Shown here in pieces: positions 1 through 12,954 of a stretch of 64,000 nucleotides of DNA. The translations under genes were made by a program, and so were the position numbers. Numbering within the stretch: the first letter of the stretch is position 1; each line of letters begins with the position of its first letter. Below the pieces are notes generated by a model. The model saw only the letters and a program-made list of their open reading frames with translations, made no database searches and was not told where the DNA came from. The stretch comes from Rhina ancylostomus (lineage: Eukaryota): assembly GCA_030265395.1 (NCBI GenBank), contig JARFYF010000017.1, positions 15,839,608 through 15,903,607 on the forward strand, given 5' to 3'.

Positions 1-138
1 GACTGTACAAATTTTCTTTGAGTAAAATCATCAGTTTTAAGCCCTAGTGCTAAGTTGAAAATTATCCATCAATACAATCTTTTCACAACAATGCTACAAC
101 AAGGGGAAGAATATCTTGTCTGTCATCAGCAGAATCTA

Positions 139-347
139 CTCACAAAATGCTGGGGGACTCAGCTGGCAGGCAGAATCTATGGAGGGAAATGGATAGTTGA
201 CATTTTGAGTTGAAACCCTTCACCTGAACTTCTCGACCCAAAATGTTAACAGTCTATTTTCCTCCATAGATGCTGCCTGACCTGCTGAGTTCCTCCAGCA
301 TTTTGTGTGTTGCTCCAGATTCCACCGTCTGCAGTTTCTTGTGTCTC
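139..347. mobile_element. Fold-back (palindromic) non-autonomous element, Penelope-like pLTR derived, with 15-bp TSD
   Basis: Arms cacaaaatgctgg..ctcagc..ggcag..tctatggagg and cctccatagatgctgcc..gctgag..ccagcattttgtg are reverse complements. Flanked by catcagcagaatcta at 124-138 and 348-362. Confidence 0.75.
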
Positions 348-1949
348 CATCAGCAGAATCTAATTGGTTGAATTCAACATTCCAAATCCAATTTAANNNN
401 NNNNNNNNNNNNNNNNNNNNNNNNNNNNNNNNNNNNNNNNNNNNNNNNNNNNNNNNNNNNNNNNNNNNNNNNNNNNNNNNNNNNNNNNNNNNNNNNNCTA
501 TGTAATTTGAAGCATTCAGAACATTTTGTAGTGCTTTGCTGACCACAATCTGAATATCCACTGGCACCCCTGTTTCAGAGAGTGAAATAGATATAGAGGC
601 AAGTTCTTTGGGAGGACTCAAATAAATATATTTTACAACATAAATGTGCATATGATTTTGTTGGGCTGTTGCTTGACTCTCCCAATTTAGATACCAATGT
701 CCAGGTGTTTATGAGGAGAACACTGCATGGTCAATGTGGTTGGGAGTAACTTTGCCCTGTTGGAATACAGCACCTGGGTTGATAATAGGTAGCCAATTCT
801 GTTTTATTCCTTTGCTGTTTAAACATAAAGGTAATTGTACAACTGAGTGACTTGGCCACTTAAGAAGGCTTTTAAAACTGAACAATATGGTTAGACTGGG
901 TAAGGACACCAGTGAACCACGTGGTACAACCTGGTAGTTTTTATAGATTGTACAGTGCAGAAACGGGCCGGTCAGCTCATCACATCCATGCTGACCTTTC
1001 TGCCCATCTACTCTAATCTTATTTGCCCATATTTGGCAAGGCATAGAAGGATACAGACTATTTAAGTGTCAGTCATCATTACAAAGACCATTTGGTGCTT
1101 TCCCATCCTCCACCCCACACTGCTCCTTCCAAAATAAATTCCAAATTATTAATTGAATTTAAATTCCACAGTTATTGATTTAAACCCGGACTCTGGATTG
1201 TTAATCTGAGTCTCTGGATTGCTAGTCTGATAATTACACCACTGCACCTTCTCCATACCTTGTCCTCCGGTAGTCCTTGAAGGAAAGTTGTTCACACAGT
1301 TCAAGAATGCAACCCAGTGACTATGGAGAACTGACAAGGTATTTTCAAATTAGGATAAAGAGTGACTTGGAAAAGAAATTCCATGTTGGGGCTTTCCCTT
1401 GTTCCTGCACGCTTTGTCCTTCTAAATGGTGAAGGCTGTGGATTTGGGAGGCACTGTCAAGGAATAGGTTACTATTATTAATGACGAGATTCAATCCTAC
1501 TGATTAATTCTAGAAAATAAACACTTATTTGTTGTTTCCATTCTTGCAATCTGAAACATCTGGAAAATAATTTGACAGTTTAGGACTTAAACCACAAAAT
1601 AAAGAACGTTTTAGGATATTTTTTCCAATAGAAGATCAAAGGGTGGTAAATAGACATTTAACAGGTTTAATGGTGTCAGTTTGAAACCCCTTTTTCCAGT
1701 GAGATCAGTGTGAGGAAGCAGTTAGGATCAGCTGGGGTTACACAGTTACTACCAGCTATTTAAAGTTGGCAAAGCTTCTGCTTCAGATAGCAAAGAGTCT
1801 AACTTGGATGTAAAAATTACAGCCTGATTATGCCATTGGCACAACAATAACATTTCTGTAAGGACTCTCAGGAAACCCACCTGGTGTCAAAGTTGACCAT
1901 AAAATCAAGTAGGAAGCCCCAAGGAGGCCAGAAGAGACCAAAACTGATG

Positions 1950-2745
1950 ACTGAGTGTGGTATCAAGCAGTCTTGTTAAAATTGAAGTCAATGGGTATCA
2001 AGGAGGAAACACTTCAATGGTTGGACTCATATCTCAGACAGAGGAAGATGATTATGGTTATAGAACATGGAACAATACTGCACAAGAACAGGCTCTTCAG
2101 CCAATGATGTCTGTGCCAAACACAATGCCAAATCAAACTAAATCTCTTCTTCCTACTCATGATCCAAATTCCTCCATTCCCTGCATATCCATGTGTCTAT
2201 CTAACAGTCTCTTAAACACCACAACCAGAACTGCTTCCTCCACCACCCCTGGCAATCCAATCCAGACATCCACCACTCTCTGTAAAAAAACTGGCCCCAC
2301 ACATCTCCTTTAAACTTTCCCTCTCTCACCTTAAATGCCTGGGCTCTAGTATTTGACATTTCTACAGTGGGAAAAAGATTCTGTCTACCCCATCAATGCC
2401 CCTCATAATTTTATAAACTTCTTTCAGGATTCCCCTCAGTCTCTGATGCTCTAGAGAAAACAAGTCAAGTTTGTCTAACCTCTCCTTATAGGTTGTACCC
2501 TCTAATCCAGGCAGCATCCTTGGAAACCTCTTCTGTACCCTTTCCAAAGCCTCCATATCCTTCCTGTAATGGGGCAACTAGAATTGCACACAACTATTGG
2601 AGGTCAATCATCTCAGACCTAGAACATCACAGTGGGAGTTCCTCAGGGAAGTGTTCCAGGCCCAACCATCTCCAGCTGCTTTATCAATGACCTTCCTTCC
2701 ATTATATTGTCTGAAATGATGATGTTTGCTGATGAATGCAGAATG
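1950..2745 (+). mobile_element. Old CR1-clade RT fragment, interrupted by a younger CR1 at 2062-2594
   Basis: W..SYL..R/K-like segment before the insert. GVPQGSVPGP...FINDLP...MFAD after it (ORF 2632). Confidence 0.75.
2062..2594 (-). mobile_element. CR1 LINE 3' end
   Basis: Minus-strand ORF PHYRKDMEALERVQKRFPRMLPGL..YKERL..L.LFSLE..RLRG, followed by a CR1 3'UTR/tail. Confidence 0.9.
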
Positions 2746-5249
2746 AATTCTGGAGGAATTGGAAGGAGTCTCTCTCAAGCTGGTCTTCCCTTTCCCTCCT
2801 CCACCATCACCACTACCTCCCCGAACTTCCTTATCCCTGACTAACCCCACACCTCAACACCCACTTCCTTAGCATTTCCCTCCAATACAAGCATTAAATA
2901 TGGGCCGAGAAGGGACTACAAGGGATTAATCACAAATAGCAGAGGCAAGAGTATAACAGCTTTGTTCCATCTGAGCCCTGAGAAGAGAGATCTTCAGAGT
3001 AATTTTCCCAATTTTTAAATAATATGCATAATGGAGTGTTATTTTCTACCAAACTTTATGTGCCCTGTATCTAATGTATGGAAGCCACTTTTTGGTAGTG
3101 TATAGGCAAATCTAATGGACAAGATACTTCATTTATCAGTTGCTCAAAACTGTTTTCATCTAAAAATTGCATTAATGAAACATTAACTGCATGTTAAGTG
3201 AAATTTAACCTATAATAGATAACATATGGAAACTAACGCCAAATTCTCTCTTGCTGCATATATAACTTGTTAAGGATTTGCGATATTGAACACACTTCTG
3301 GCACTTTCCATTCATTCTGTCCATTGTAGCAACAATCTTTTGTAATAAGTGCATGTATCCACTGATTTTACTCTGAGTACCATAACAGGAAGGCAGCCAG
3401 CAATGTAAAAATATGGTATATTAGTTTGTGTGGCTTGTTGATCAACAACATGGAATTTCGTGCAGCTATTCGAGGGTCAGAAAATGCCCTGGAGAGCTTT
3501 CGAAGCACCTGAAAGATCTTGAGAAATCCCTAGAGATAGTGTCAGGTGTGGCTGTGGCCTCCAATCAATGGCTCACACTAACAAGTTATTAGCAATAGAA
3601 GACAAACAAGGAAATCTTTGGAAGTTGTTGTTCTAACCAAGAGACATTAAAAGGCAGAGGTTGTTAAAGACAATGGAAAGTTTATTTTTATTTTTCAGAT
3701 CAACATATTGATAAGGCTTCTAACTACTCCCTTGCTGTCTCAGTGAATTTGTGACAGCGCACTGTTTGAGATAAGATGAGCATTTTTTTTCCAGTAAATT
3801 TAAGAATTAAGTCGGTAAAACATTACAAGGTTAGCTAATATTGCAAAATGAAAAAAAAGCTTGTTTCAAAATCTCTGAATGCACACTTCGCTGCATCATA
3901 ACAACTTGCTGTTGACATATCTGTGTTTGTTTTTGGTGCTTTTTTCTTCAGAATTAGTCAAGGATAGGCTAAAAATTCTCCCATGGATTATTTTGCTGAA
4001 AATGTTATGCAGTTTGCTGGGAAATTGATAGATGACTTGCTAAAATTCAGTTTGCAGAGCTGGTTCTCAGTCAGAACAAAACTAGTTCACAATTTGACAC
4101 AGAACTGGCAGAATTTCATTGGCATCAGGCCATGAAATCAAGTGGATGCCAATGTACCTTCTGCCAATTCAGCAGACAAGCTGTTCTTGGACTAGGTTAA
4201 TCCACTGTGTTGGGACAGAGAACAGAGAGGAATATTCTGCACCATCCTTCTTATAGATACACCAGGAGAGCTCCGTGATGACGGTGGATGCCTAAAATAG
4301 AAAAATGTTCCACCCTGTCAAATTTCCTTGCCTCAGTTGATAGATGAAAATCAACAAATTGGCTGCTTGTATTTAATTGGTGTTGGCATATCATGGAAAG
4401 TAGTAGCTAAACCAATCAATTAACTTTGTGCTTGTTTATGGAAGGTTTTTGTTTTGATTTTTGATCATCTTGTTTTATGTATCGATCAAATAGCACACAA
4501 TTCTAGAAAATATCTTTTTATGTGCCAGAGAGAATGCCATGGCTCTGATACCTTTAATGTTCATTTCAATGACAGAACCATCAGTGTCCATCAAAGTAGA
4601 GAGTGGAAAGAGGGGTGGCAGGTCAAGGGAGGGAAGCCACAGGTTTTGGCACAATGCAGGTTGGAAGTAACATTGTAGGGATACGTATGGGATTTCATTT
4701 TCTTTTGTAGAACACTGGCTAATGTATCAGAGTAAAACACTAACATGTTGATACATGTACTCAGATAGCACTGAGGCAATTTTTTAGCAGCACGTTAAAC
4801 ACTCATTAAAGAACACCGTTGACATAATTTCCACCCTCGTGCACTTGAAAAAAATCATTACAGTGGTCAGGTTGAAAAGGAAATTTTCTTTAGAAAAGAT
4901 AAGTGTACGTTTATGTTTGTCAATTGGTCTGACAAGCTGTCTTTAGATTGGATAAGCACATAGTGTATAACTTGTGCAAATAGCTAATAACAGACAAAAC
5001 AAGCTATTTATTATTAATCAGATTCATTTATTTTCCCCAGATCTTTCATGTAATACTTGTGCAAGAAAATTATGCTACACAATAAAAGTGGAAAAATTCA
5101 AGGCATTTATCAATGAATGCATTGGTACGTTGGATTAATAACTGAGTGTTAAGGCCATGGTTGGTCTTCCATCTGAAGGCTGGTACAGAAATGTTGTCCT
5201 CATCCACACTGTTTCAGACACATTTACAGTAACCACACCATCAATGTAC

Positions 5250-5410
5250 ATGAAACAAAAACAGAAGATATGGGAAACATGCAGCATAATGCTGATGAAG
5301 GGGTCATTGATTTGAAAAGCTTACTCTGTTTCTCTCTCAGCAGATACTACCTGATCTCCTGTTGCTTCTTACATTTTCTGTTTTTGTTTCAGATTTCCAG
5401 CAGTATTTTG
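5250..5410 (+). repeat. Copy of the hairpin/pLTR repeat family with CTGATGA...GAAA core
   Basis: ctgatgaaggggtcattgatttgaaa followed by ctctgtttctctc..cagat..cctga...ttttctgtttttgtttcagatttccagca. Confidence 0.6.
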
Positions 5411-5764
5411 CCTCGATGTGCATAATGGCATTTCTCAAGTCACTACAGCCTGTTTTATTCAGATACTGTATCTCAGGACTGCAGAGCAATAAAAACACTC
5501 TTCCTGACAGTTATGACAAGTTATATACTGGGCATTACGGACACATTGGCTTCCAATCTTCCAGCTCTGTGTGCTTGCAGAACAATAACTTTGGCTGAAT
5601 TAGGACATTTTGTTATCAATGTACAGATGACATCTGATGAAAGCAATGTCACCACAAATTACTTTTTCTGACATAATATCAACTCCTCTAGATTACTCTG
5701 AGGAATTGTCATTTGCCTGCCATATAAGGAAATAGCGTAATTAATAGCATTGTTCCTTTTAATC

Positions 5765-6562
5765 TAAAAGACTGCAGATACTGGAAATCTAAAATAAAAA
5801 CCCGAAGTGGTAGAAACACTGAGCAGATTAGGCAGCTTTTGTGGAAAGAGAAACAGAGTTAACACTTCAGGTTGAGGACTCTGCATCCGAACTAGAAAGG
5901 AGAAAAAACTAGTTAAAAGTTGCAGAGAAGATGGAGAAGGAATGGACAGGACAAAGGAGACATCTCTTATTGGGTGAGACCAGGGGTGCTGAGAGGATAA
6001 TTTGCAGAGATTATTTGGTGATGGTTTATTAGAGAGAGATAAACTGAGAGAAAGCTATGAAATGAAGACAGTCAAAAAGTGAGAACATAAACAAAAAAAG
6101 CAGTGAAATGTAGTACTCTAGTACATGCCCAGAAGGTCAGGCAGTACTAATGGAGAGAGAAGAATGGAGCCAATATCACAGATGGATGATTTAGAGCAGA
6201 AATGGGCAGTTCTGATATAGAGAGAGAAAGTGAGTACATTCTCTGATCATTTCCTCTCTCTCTCTCTTCCTCTAATTGCCCCCATTAATCTAACAAGCAG
6301 TTGAACACAACAACTTATTCCTATGGCAACCTTGGCCTCAGCCCATCAGAGGTATTCTCTCTGTCATATCCCCCACATTACACCACCCCACCTTCTCTGC
6401 AACTTAAAATTGTTTTCTCTCTTTCTCAGTTTTGACAAAGAGTCAAAGAGTTAACCTTTTAGTTCAAGATGACGGGTCGTTGACCTGAAACATTAATTCT
6501 GTTTCTCTTTCTCAAGATGCTGCCAGACCTGCTGAGTGTTTCCACCATCTTCTGTTTATATT
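5765..6562. mobile_element. ~800-bp element with long imperfect inverted termini (same hairpin/pLTR family)
   Basis: ~5790-5990 is the imperfect reverse complement of ~6330-6560 (e.g. aagttgcagagaag / cttctctgcaactt). Confidence 0.65.
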
Positions 6563-6864
6563 GCTGTTTCTTTTAAATGTTTTGAGGGAAGAATCAGTAG
6601 GCATTATGCCTGGTTTTCAGGTGCAAGTCTGATGTGAGGTATACCAATTTATCCTCAGCCATGAAGACTTTGGTTTCAAGTTTGAATATGTTTAACACAC
6701 ATTTTTAGATGCACAGGCAACAGGACCTTCATTGATACATTTAACTTTTATGTTTCCATGATGTGACCAATAACCTATGACAGCATACTACAGTACAATA
6801 TACAAAACTTTAAGGGTTAAAAAAATATAAGCTTGGAAAGGAAATGTTGGTTGAATGGTGCTTT

Positions 6865-6972
6865 GAGTGGTGACACTTGCCGGTTGCCCTCGGCACATTC
6901 TCAGTTACGCAAAAAGACGTATTTCACTTTGTGTTTCGATGTACATATGACTAATAAATAAATATCTTTATC
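6865..6972 (+). repeat. 3' tail fragment of the SINE family seen at 59925-60372
   Basis: gtggtgacacttgc..gcacattctcagttacgc..atttcac..gatgtacatatgactaataaa matches the reverse complement of ~59960-60056. Confidence 0.7.
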
Positions 6973-8682
6973 AATATCTTGTGAATGAGCTTTGAATTAA
7001 ATTTATTCAAAAAAATGTTTCCTCAGGACAGTTGAAAAGCATTATGCTGACACAATATCTATTGAGTAAGAGCTCACGTTAAGCTCATTTGCATATAAAC
7101 CATAGATCTATTAAAACAGTTGTATTTAACAACTTATTTACATCTAGCTATACAAATATTTTGAACAATGCATTGCTATTGTGTTATTTTTCAATGATTG
7201 TGAAGATTTTGCAAATAAAAACAATTGCATATTTGAACTCTTCCTCATTCTCAGCTGCATTTAGGTACTGTGGGTTTAGTGAGTGGTTGATTAGATGGAA
7301 GCGTGGATGATTTTACTATATATGGTAATTATCTCTAAGAGGGGCACAGCAGGTAGGTGGCTATAAGTTGACTCTGGAGACACGACAGAGCCAACCACAG
7401 GCTGCTGAAGTAGGGATGAATGAAGCAGAGATACACATCAGTCCTGTTGTCAGACACATTAACTGAAGTCTTTATTCCTAATAAGGTAAAAGTCATTTTG
7501 CTGCCATGCAAATTCAGAGTGCAAAGCTCAGGTTCAATGTATTACAATGGATTTTTAACATGAAACTCAGTGAAGTCCAGTTAAGCTCTTTATCAAAATA
7601 ACAAACAAAAGATGACAAAAACTGTCTTATCTTTACTGCAACTCAAGATGCATACAGAACTCTAAGCTCTTTGTATTTTTTATGTATTTTTAGGTTATAG
7701 CATGATCAATGTGACACAACAAAATCTTAATTGACCAATCAGGAACATGCTTTCACGCATACTTAGTAAATTGCATTATTTAAAACATCTGTCTTCTTGC
7801 TTACCAAGACTTTAAACATCTAAGTGTTGGCCATTAGAAAGGAATCCTGAAATAAATAAGATGGGCCCTAATATACAGAGTACTGTGGCAAAGGGGAACC
7901 ACAAAGATCAAGTGCACAGTGGGAGCAGGAAACAAATAATAAAGTACTGGGGCTGGAGTTGGGCTGATGAACGAATGTTGTTACTTATACATTATCAATT
8001 GCTTAGTTTTAAAATCAAGACAAAGAGACTTTGGACAGATAAAAGTTAGAATTTAATTTCTAGCACTAACAACAATCCAAGAATTAGACTAGTGCTCTAA
8101 CATTGCTATGAGAAAAGTGGGAGAATAAATGTTTAGTTTAGTTTCTTTGAATGCTTAAAAATAATGCATGTATTTGTCAGGCAGGGAATTGTCCTGACAG
8201 ATAATCAAGAATTATCCAGTCAAATAACTAAAGTTTGTTCTCTTTGCAATTGGCATGAGATGGGTATGTGGAGGGTGAGCACTTAGAGAAGTGATGTCAT
8301 GTGTTAGCACATCCAGGAATAGAGCCAAATAGACTTGGCAACAGAAATCACTAAAGAATTAAAACCTTGTTGTCACTTTATAGACTGAGTGGGTAGAAAA
8401 TATTTCACATTAGATAACAATTGTGCAGAGTGAATGGCAGACATGGAGCCTGGGCAACCTGGTTAAATTATGATGTGGTGTTACTATTTCTATTATCCCC
8501 TGAACTCTCAATGCTGGGGAATTTGTTTTAAGTGAGGAAAATTCCATTGCACTGGTGACAGCACAGAACAATTGAGGATGAATGGTAGTTATCGATGAAA
8601 ACAGAATAATTTTTGCTGAAAATGCAGCGGGTGGAGGATAGTTATGCTTAAGTTATGTGCGGAAAATTTACAGCAGTGAGGT

Positions 8683-9356
8683 CATAGAGTCATAGAGTTA
8701 TACAGGACAGAAACAGGTCCTTCCGCCCAACTGGTCCATGCTGATCAAGATGTCCCATCCAAGCTAGTCCCATTTACCAGCATTTGGCCCATAACCTTCT
8801 AAGCTTCCAATCCATGAACCTGTCCAACTGTCTTTTAAAAGTTGTTATTGTACCTGCCTCAATCACTTCCTCTGGCACCTCATTCCACATACATACCACC
8901 CTTTGTGTAAAAAAAGTCAAGTTCCAATTAAATCTTTCCCCTCTCACCTTAAACCTATGCCCTCTAGTTCTTGATTCCCCAACCCTGGGAAAAAGACTAA
9001 GTGCACTCACTCTACCTATGTCCCTTATGATTTTATACAACTCTAATAAGATCACTTCTCAGTGTCCTATGCTACAAAGAATGACATCCTAGTCTGTCCA
9101 ACCTCTCCCTATAACTCAGTCCCTCAAGTCCTGGCAACATCCTTGTAAGTCTTTTCTGCAGTCTTTCCANNNNNNNNNNNNNNNNNNNNNNNNNNNNNNN
9201 NNNNNNNNNNNNNNNNNNNNNNNNNNNNNNNNNNNNNNNNNNNNNNNNNNNNNNNNNNNNNNNNNNNNNAATTTAATGACATCTTTCCAATAGTAGGGTG
9301 ACCAAAACTGAACACAATACTCCAAGTGCGACCTCACCACCAGCCTGTACAACCTT
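8683..9356 (-). mobile_element. CR1 LINE 3' end
   Basis: VRSHLEYCVQFWSPY and TRGHRFKVRGERF...FFTQRVV..WN motifs. (gactctat)n-type tail at ~8683-8700. Confidence 0.9.
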
Positions 9357-10574
9357 GGTGACGTCACCAAGCTTGATTGACAGAGGACTTTCCCAATTGT
9401 TTCAACTCTGACTGACTACAGCATAGTTATTTTGCAGCCTTTTATCTTTAAGGCATTGCAAGAGACAGCAAAAATATTACTGATTTTGTGCTTCATCTAT
9501 AAATCATTCACATTTCTGTTATCCCTAACATAAGAGAAAACCCATTTTCAAGTCCCAAAATGTTCTGTGAGTGTAATCCATGTAGAATAATCCAGTTTCT
9601 GATTTCCTACATGATTTCACTCGAATTCAGTTAAGGTTCTCAGAACACATCTGTTGAAAGCACAATCAAGAACAGCACCTCAAAGTGTGTTGAGGTACAA
9701 ACCACATCCTAGTATCTTGTGCGGTAGAATACAATGGCACGCCATACATTGTCAGTAATGTCAATTCTGTTCCCATTTCCTCTTGCTCAGTATGGTGGAT
9801 AGTCTGTGCATTTGCAAAGTTGTAGAAGACTCAATTAAGGCTTTGCTTTGGACAGGCAATCAGTATGCATAGTTATGTCTTTCTATCTATTGGTAAGATA
9901 GTCTAGTTGAAAATGTTTTATTAACATGCCTGGCAGATCCAAAACACTATTGTGAAGGAACTGTGCCAGTACAACATAATTTTATTTGCTTTTGACTCAA
10001 ATGAACATGCAGACTGTAGATATTACACTCTGCATAACTGATATGAACATTTGGATCCAGATAAGCAGTTCGAAAAAGGGGAAAAGTTAGGGACAATATT
10101 AGATTTACTAGGTTTATAACATGTTGAGTCATCTTGCTTTTTAGTTAGCTAGCTATGAACATTCTCTCAATCATCAGAAATCTATTCAGTGTGATGTCCT
10201 AGCCACGTGCATTGGCTTGCAAGTGAAATTTGGCATTTCTACAGACAGCCAGTCAAAGATCTCAGACCATTGTAAGTACAGACAATAATGGAAGCCTATA
10301 TTTCACCAAAAACAAATTGCACAGGACTTCACTGTTGGCATGGAACCTCATCAGAGTAAAGTACAGGCTATTACATTAGCTACAGATTCTGCAGACTGGC
10401 ACTCCATATCAGAAAAAGACCCCGTACATTCCCCCTGCAGGCAGATACTAATAGCAGGTTTTCAGCCTGTGATGTAGTTTCTATTTATATGCTACATTTA
10501 ATCTTGAAAAATATCCCAGAAACTTCACAAGGGAAAATAACCTGATGATAATAATGTTTCTGAAGCAATAACAA

Positions 10575-11400
10575 AATAAAGAATTTGCATTTATATAGCA
10601 TCTTTATCACAGAAGCAATACCAAACTGCAATGGATGCCAAGCCAAAGGAGATTTAAGGACAGATGAAAGGTGAATATTTTAAGGGGGGGTCTTAAAAGT
10701 AGGGTTGGACTTGTCCAACTGGAAATGTTTAAGCACCTCTGTGGCCTTATTGTTCTTACTCTAAGATCTCATCCCACAACACTTTGGTAGATCTGAAGAG
10801 GATGGAGAATGGGAGTCTGCTCAAAAGTCACTGGAATTGTTGAGTCTTCAAATTACAATGGCATGAATGAGGGTTTCAACAGCAGATTGTGGAATGGATA
10901 GAGACAGGCAATATGGGGATAGGTGCACAGTTTATGGCCAAATGGTTTTGGTTTTTTCAGTGGATGACATTGTGGATGTTTCAAGACTTGTTAAGAAGAC
11001 TGACTGATAGATGGACTGAGGTATTGAAAGAGATGGTGCTGGGTGTCATTGGTCAGTCTGTATTGTTCCAATCCTATTACAATGCATGTGATACTAAGGG
11101 GAATCATTAAGATAAGAAAAAAAGAGGCTGCCAGTGACTGCTCCTTGGTAGATTCTGGTCATCAATGGGGCCAGCAAGAGGAGCTATTGCAAGAGATGCT
11201 CCAACAATAATCAGATATATCGAAATTAAGCATGCACATGCCACTGAGTCAGAGAATAAAGTAATCGAATGTGGCAAAGACTTCTGAGAGAATACAAGAA
11301 ATGAAATGGCAAGTACTTTGGAACTTTGGTTGGAGCTGCTTCAATGGAATTGGTGGTGGAATGTCTTATTGAAATTCAATACACAATAATGTGATAGGGA
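10575..11400 (-). mobile_element. Degenerate L2-clade LINE
   Basis: tgcatttatatagca at ~10587 is the reverse complement of the L2-type tail gctatataaatgca. tgggtgtcattggt (~11040) resembles a decayed antisense YADDT region. Confidence 0.45.
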
Positions 11401-11769
11401 AGACTTCAGAAACAGAGATTTCAACTGGAAATCATACATTCAGGATTACCAGGTCTTTGAGCTCTCANNNNNNNNNNNNNNNNNNNNNNNNNNNNNNNNN
11501 NNNNNNNNNNNNNNNNNNNNNNNNNNNNNNNNNNNNTCAATATCTGAAATGGTACTATTGGTTTTCAACTAAACTATAACATTATCTCCATGAAAAATAT
11601 TGTGACTAACTTCTGATGACATTGTTGTGTGTTGGGCATGGAACCATCTACAATGGGCATTCTTCCTCTGCCTGTGCCTGTGCAATGGTCTTTAGTTCTC
11701 CATAGATCTATCCTTGATGGCCTCTTGTTTCCATCTACATGTTGTCCTTGGCAACGATATCCAAGAAGT

Positions 11770-12535
11770 ATCAGTTTCCACATTTATGCTGATAAAACCT
11801 AGGTTACCTGACCGCCACCTCTCCTGATCCCTCTCCTCTCTCTTACCTGCCAGACTACTTCTCTGACATCCTGTATTTGATGAGCAGAAATGCCAGGATG
11901 ACTAATTCATAGTCCTCAGTTCCTCTGTTTCTCAGGCATCTGGTGACATTGAACCAACCTGTTCTCAATCTTGGTGTCACAGGAACTTTCTACAATATAT
12001 TCACACCTTCACCAATTGCTCTCTCTGCCTGCCTCAGTTCATTGGCTGATAAATCTCAATCCGTGTCCATGTTACCTCTGGATGGATGTTCCAATGTACT
12101 ACTGGCTACCTGCCTTTATTCTACCATTTCAAAATAAGATTTTATAGTTTTAAAATTTACCTTTTCTTAATCAATCCTCCAAAGTTTTACCCCATTGTCA
12201 ATGTCATCTCCTCCAGTCCTGTAATCTACAAGATATTTTTATTCCTTTAATTCTGGACTCTTCATTATTTCCATTTGTAACTGTTCTGCCACTGGTGGCC
12301 ATGCTTTTAGCTAACAATGTCCTAATTTGCTCTGTAAACCTTCTGGCCTCCACTTCTTTTACTTCCTTCAAAGTGTTCCTTAAAACCTATTGCTTTGCCT
12401 GAGCATTTGGCTATCTGCCCCGATAAATCCCAATGTGGCTCAATACCAAGATTTGTTTATTGATGCTTCTGAGAAACACCTTGGGATCTTTTGCTGTGTT
12501 AAAGGTACCTTTGTAATATCAATTGGTGCTGTTTC
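11770..12535 (+). mobile_element. Degenerate L2-clade LINE 3' part
   Basis: agtttccacatttatgctgat encodes SFHIYAD (L2 FH.YADDTQ). ttccttaaaacctattgcttt resembles LLKT.LF. L2-like tail ccttgggat..gttaaagg. Confidence 0.6.
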
Positions 12536-12954
12536 TTTACATTTTGCATTGCACAATGGGGACTGAGTTTGATAGATCTGAAAGCAGGTATGATGATTGA
12601 TCAACCTGCGGCCATTTTTCCAATGTAGACAGCTCACTAACTTTGTGTTGCCTGCCAGTTGGAAAGATTGGTCCAGGTTGCCACCACTGATTATTGCATT
12701 ATTGCACAAGTTATAGATCAAAGCCTGGAGCTAGTGGCAAATTGCCAAGACATGATACTGACCTACACTTCAGTGGATCCACCAGTGTCAACTTGTGGTC
12801 CCAGGCTGTGAGTTGGCAGAGCCAAGTGCTCAAGAGGGCAAGATTATGCACAAGTCCTGCTGCAGAGGAAATAGATAAGAATTTTGGCTGAAAAAGCTTC
12901 AGAGAAAGGCGGAGGCGTATGCTCAATTAAATGATTGCTGCATTGGCAAACCTG

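Noticed and set aside
3983-4135. Short + strand ORF MDYFAENVMQFAGKLIDDLLKF... after an acceptor-like tract
   Set aside because: About 50 codons, no recognisable homology, no supporting neighbouring exons, and not COTL1-like.
12760-12885. Minus-strand acceptor/donor pair (cctctgcag ... tag|gtcagt) with one open frame
   Set aside because: The peptide is unrecognisable and has no partner exons. The segment is equally explained by chance or by the putative transposon relic.
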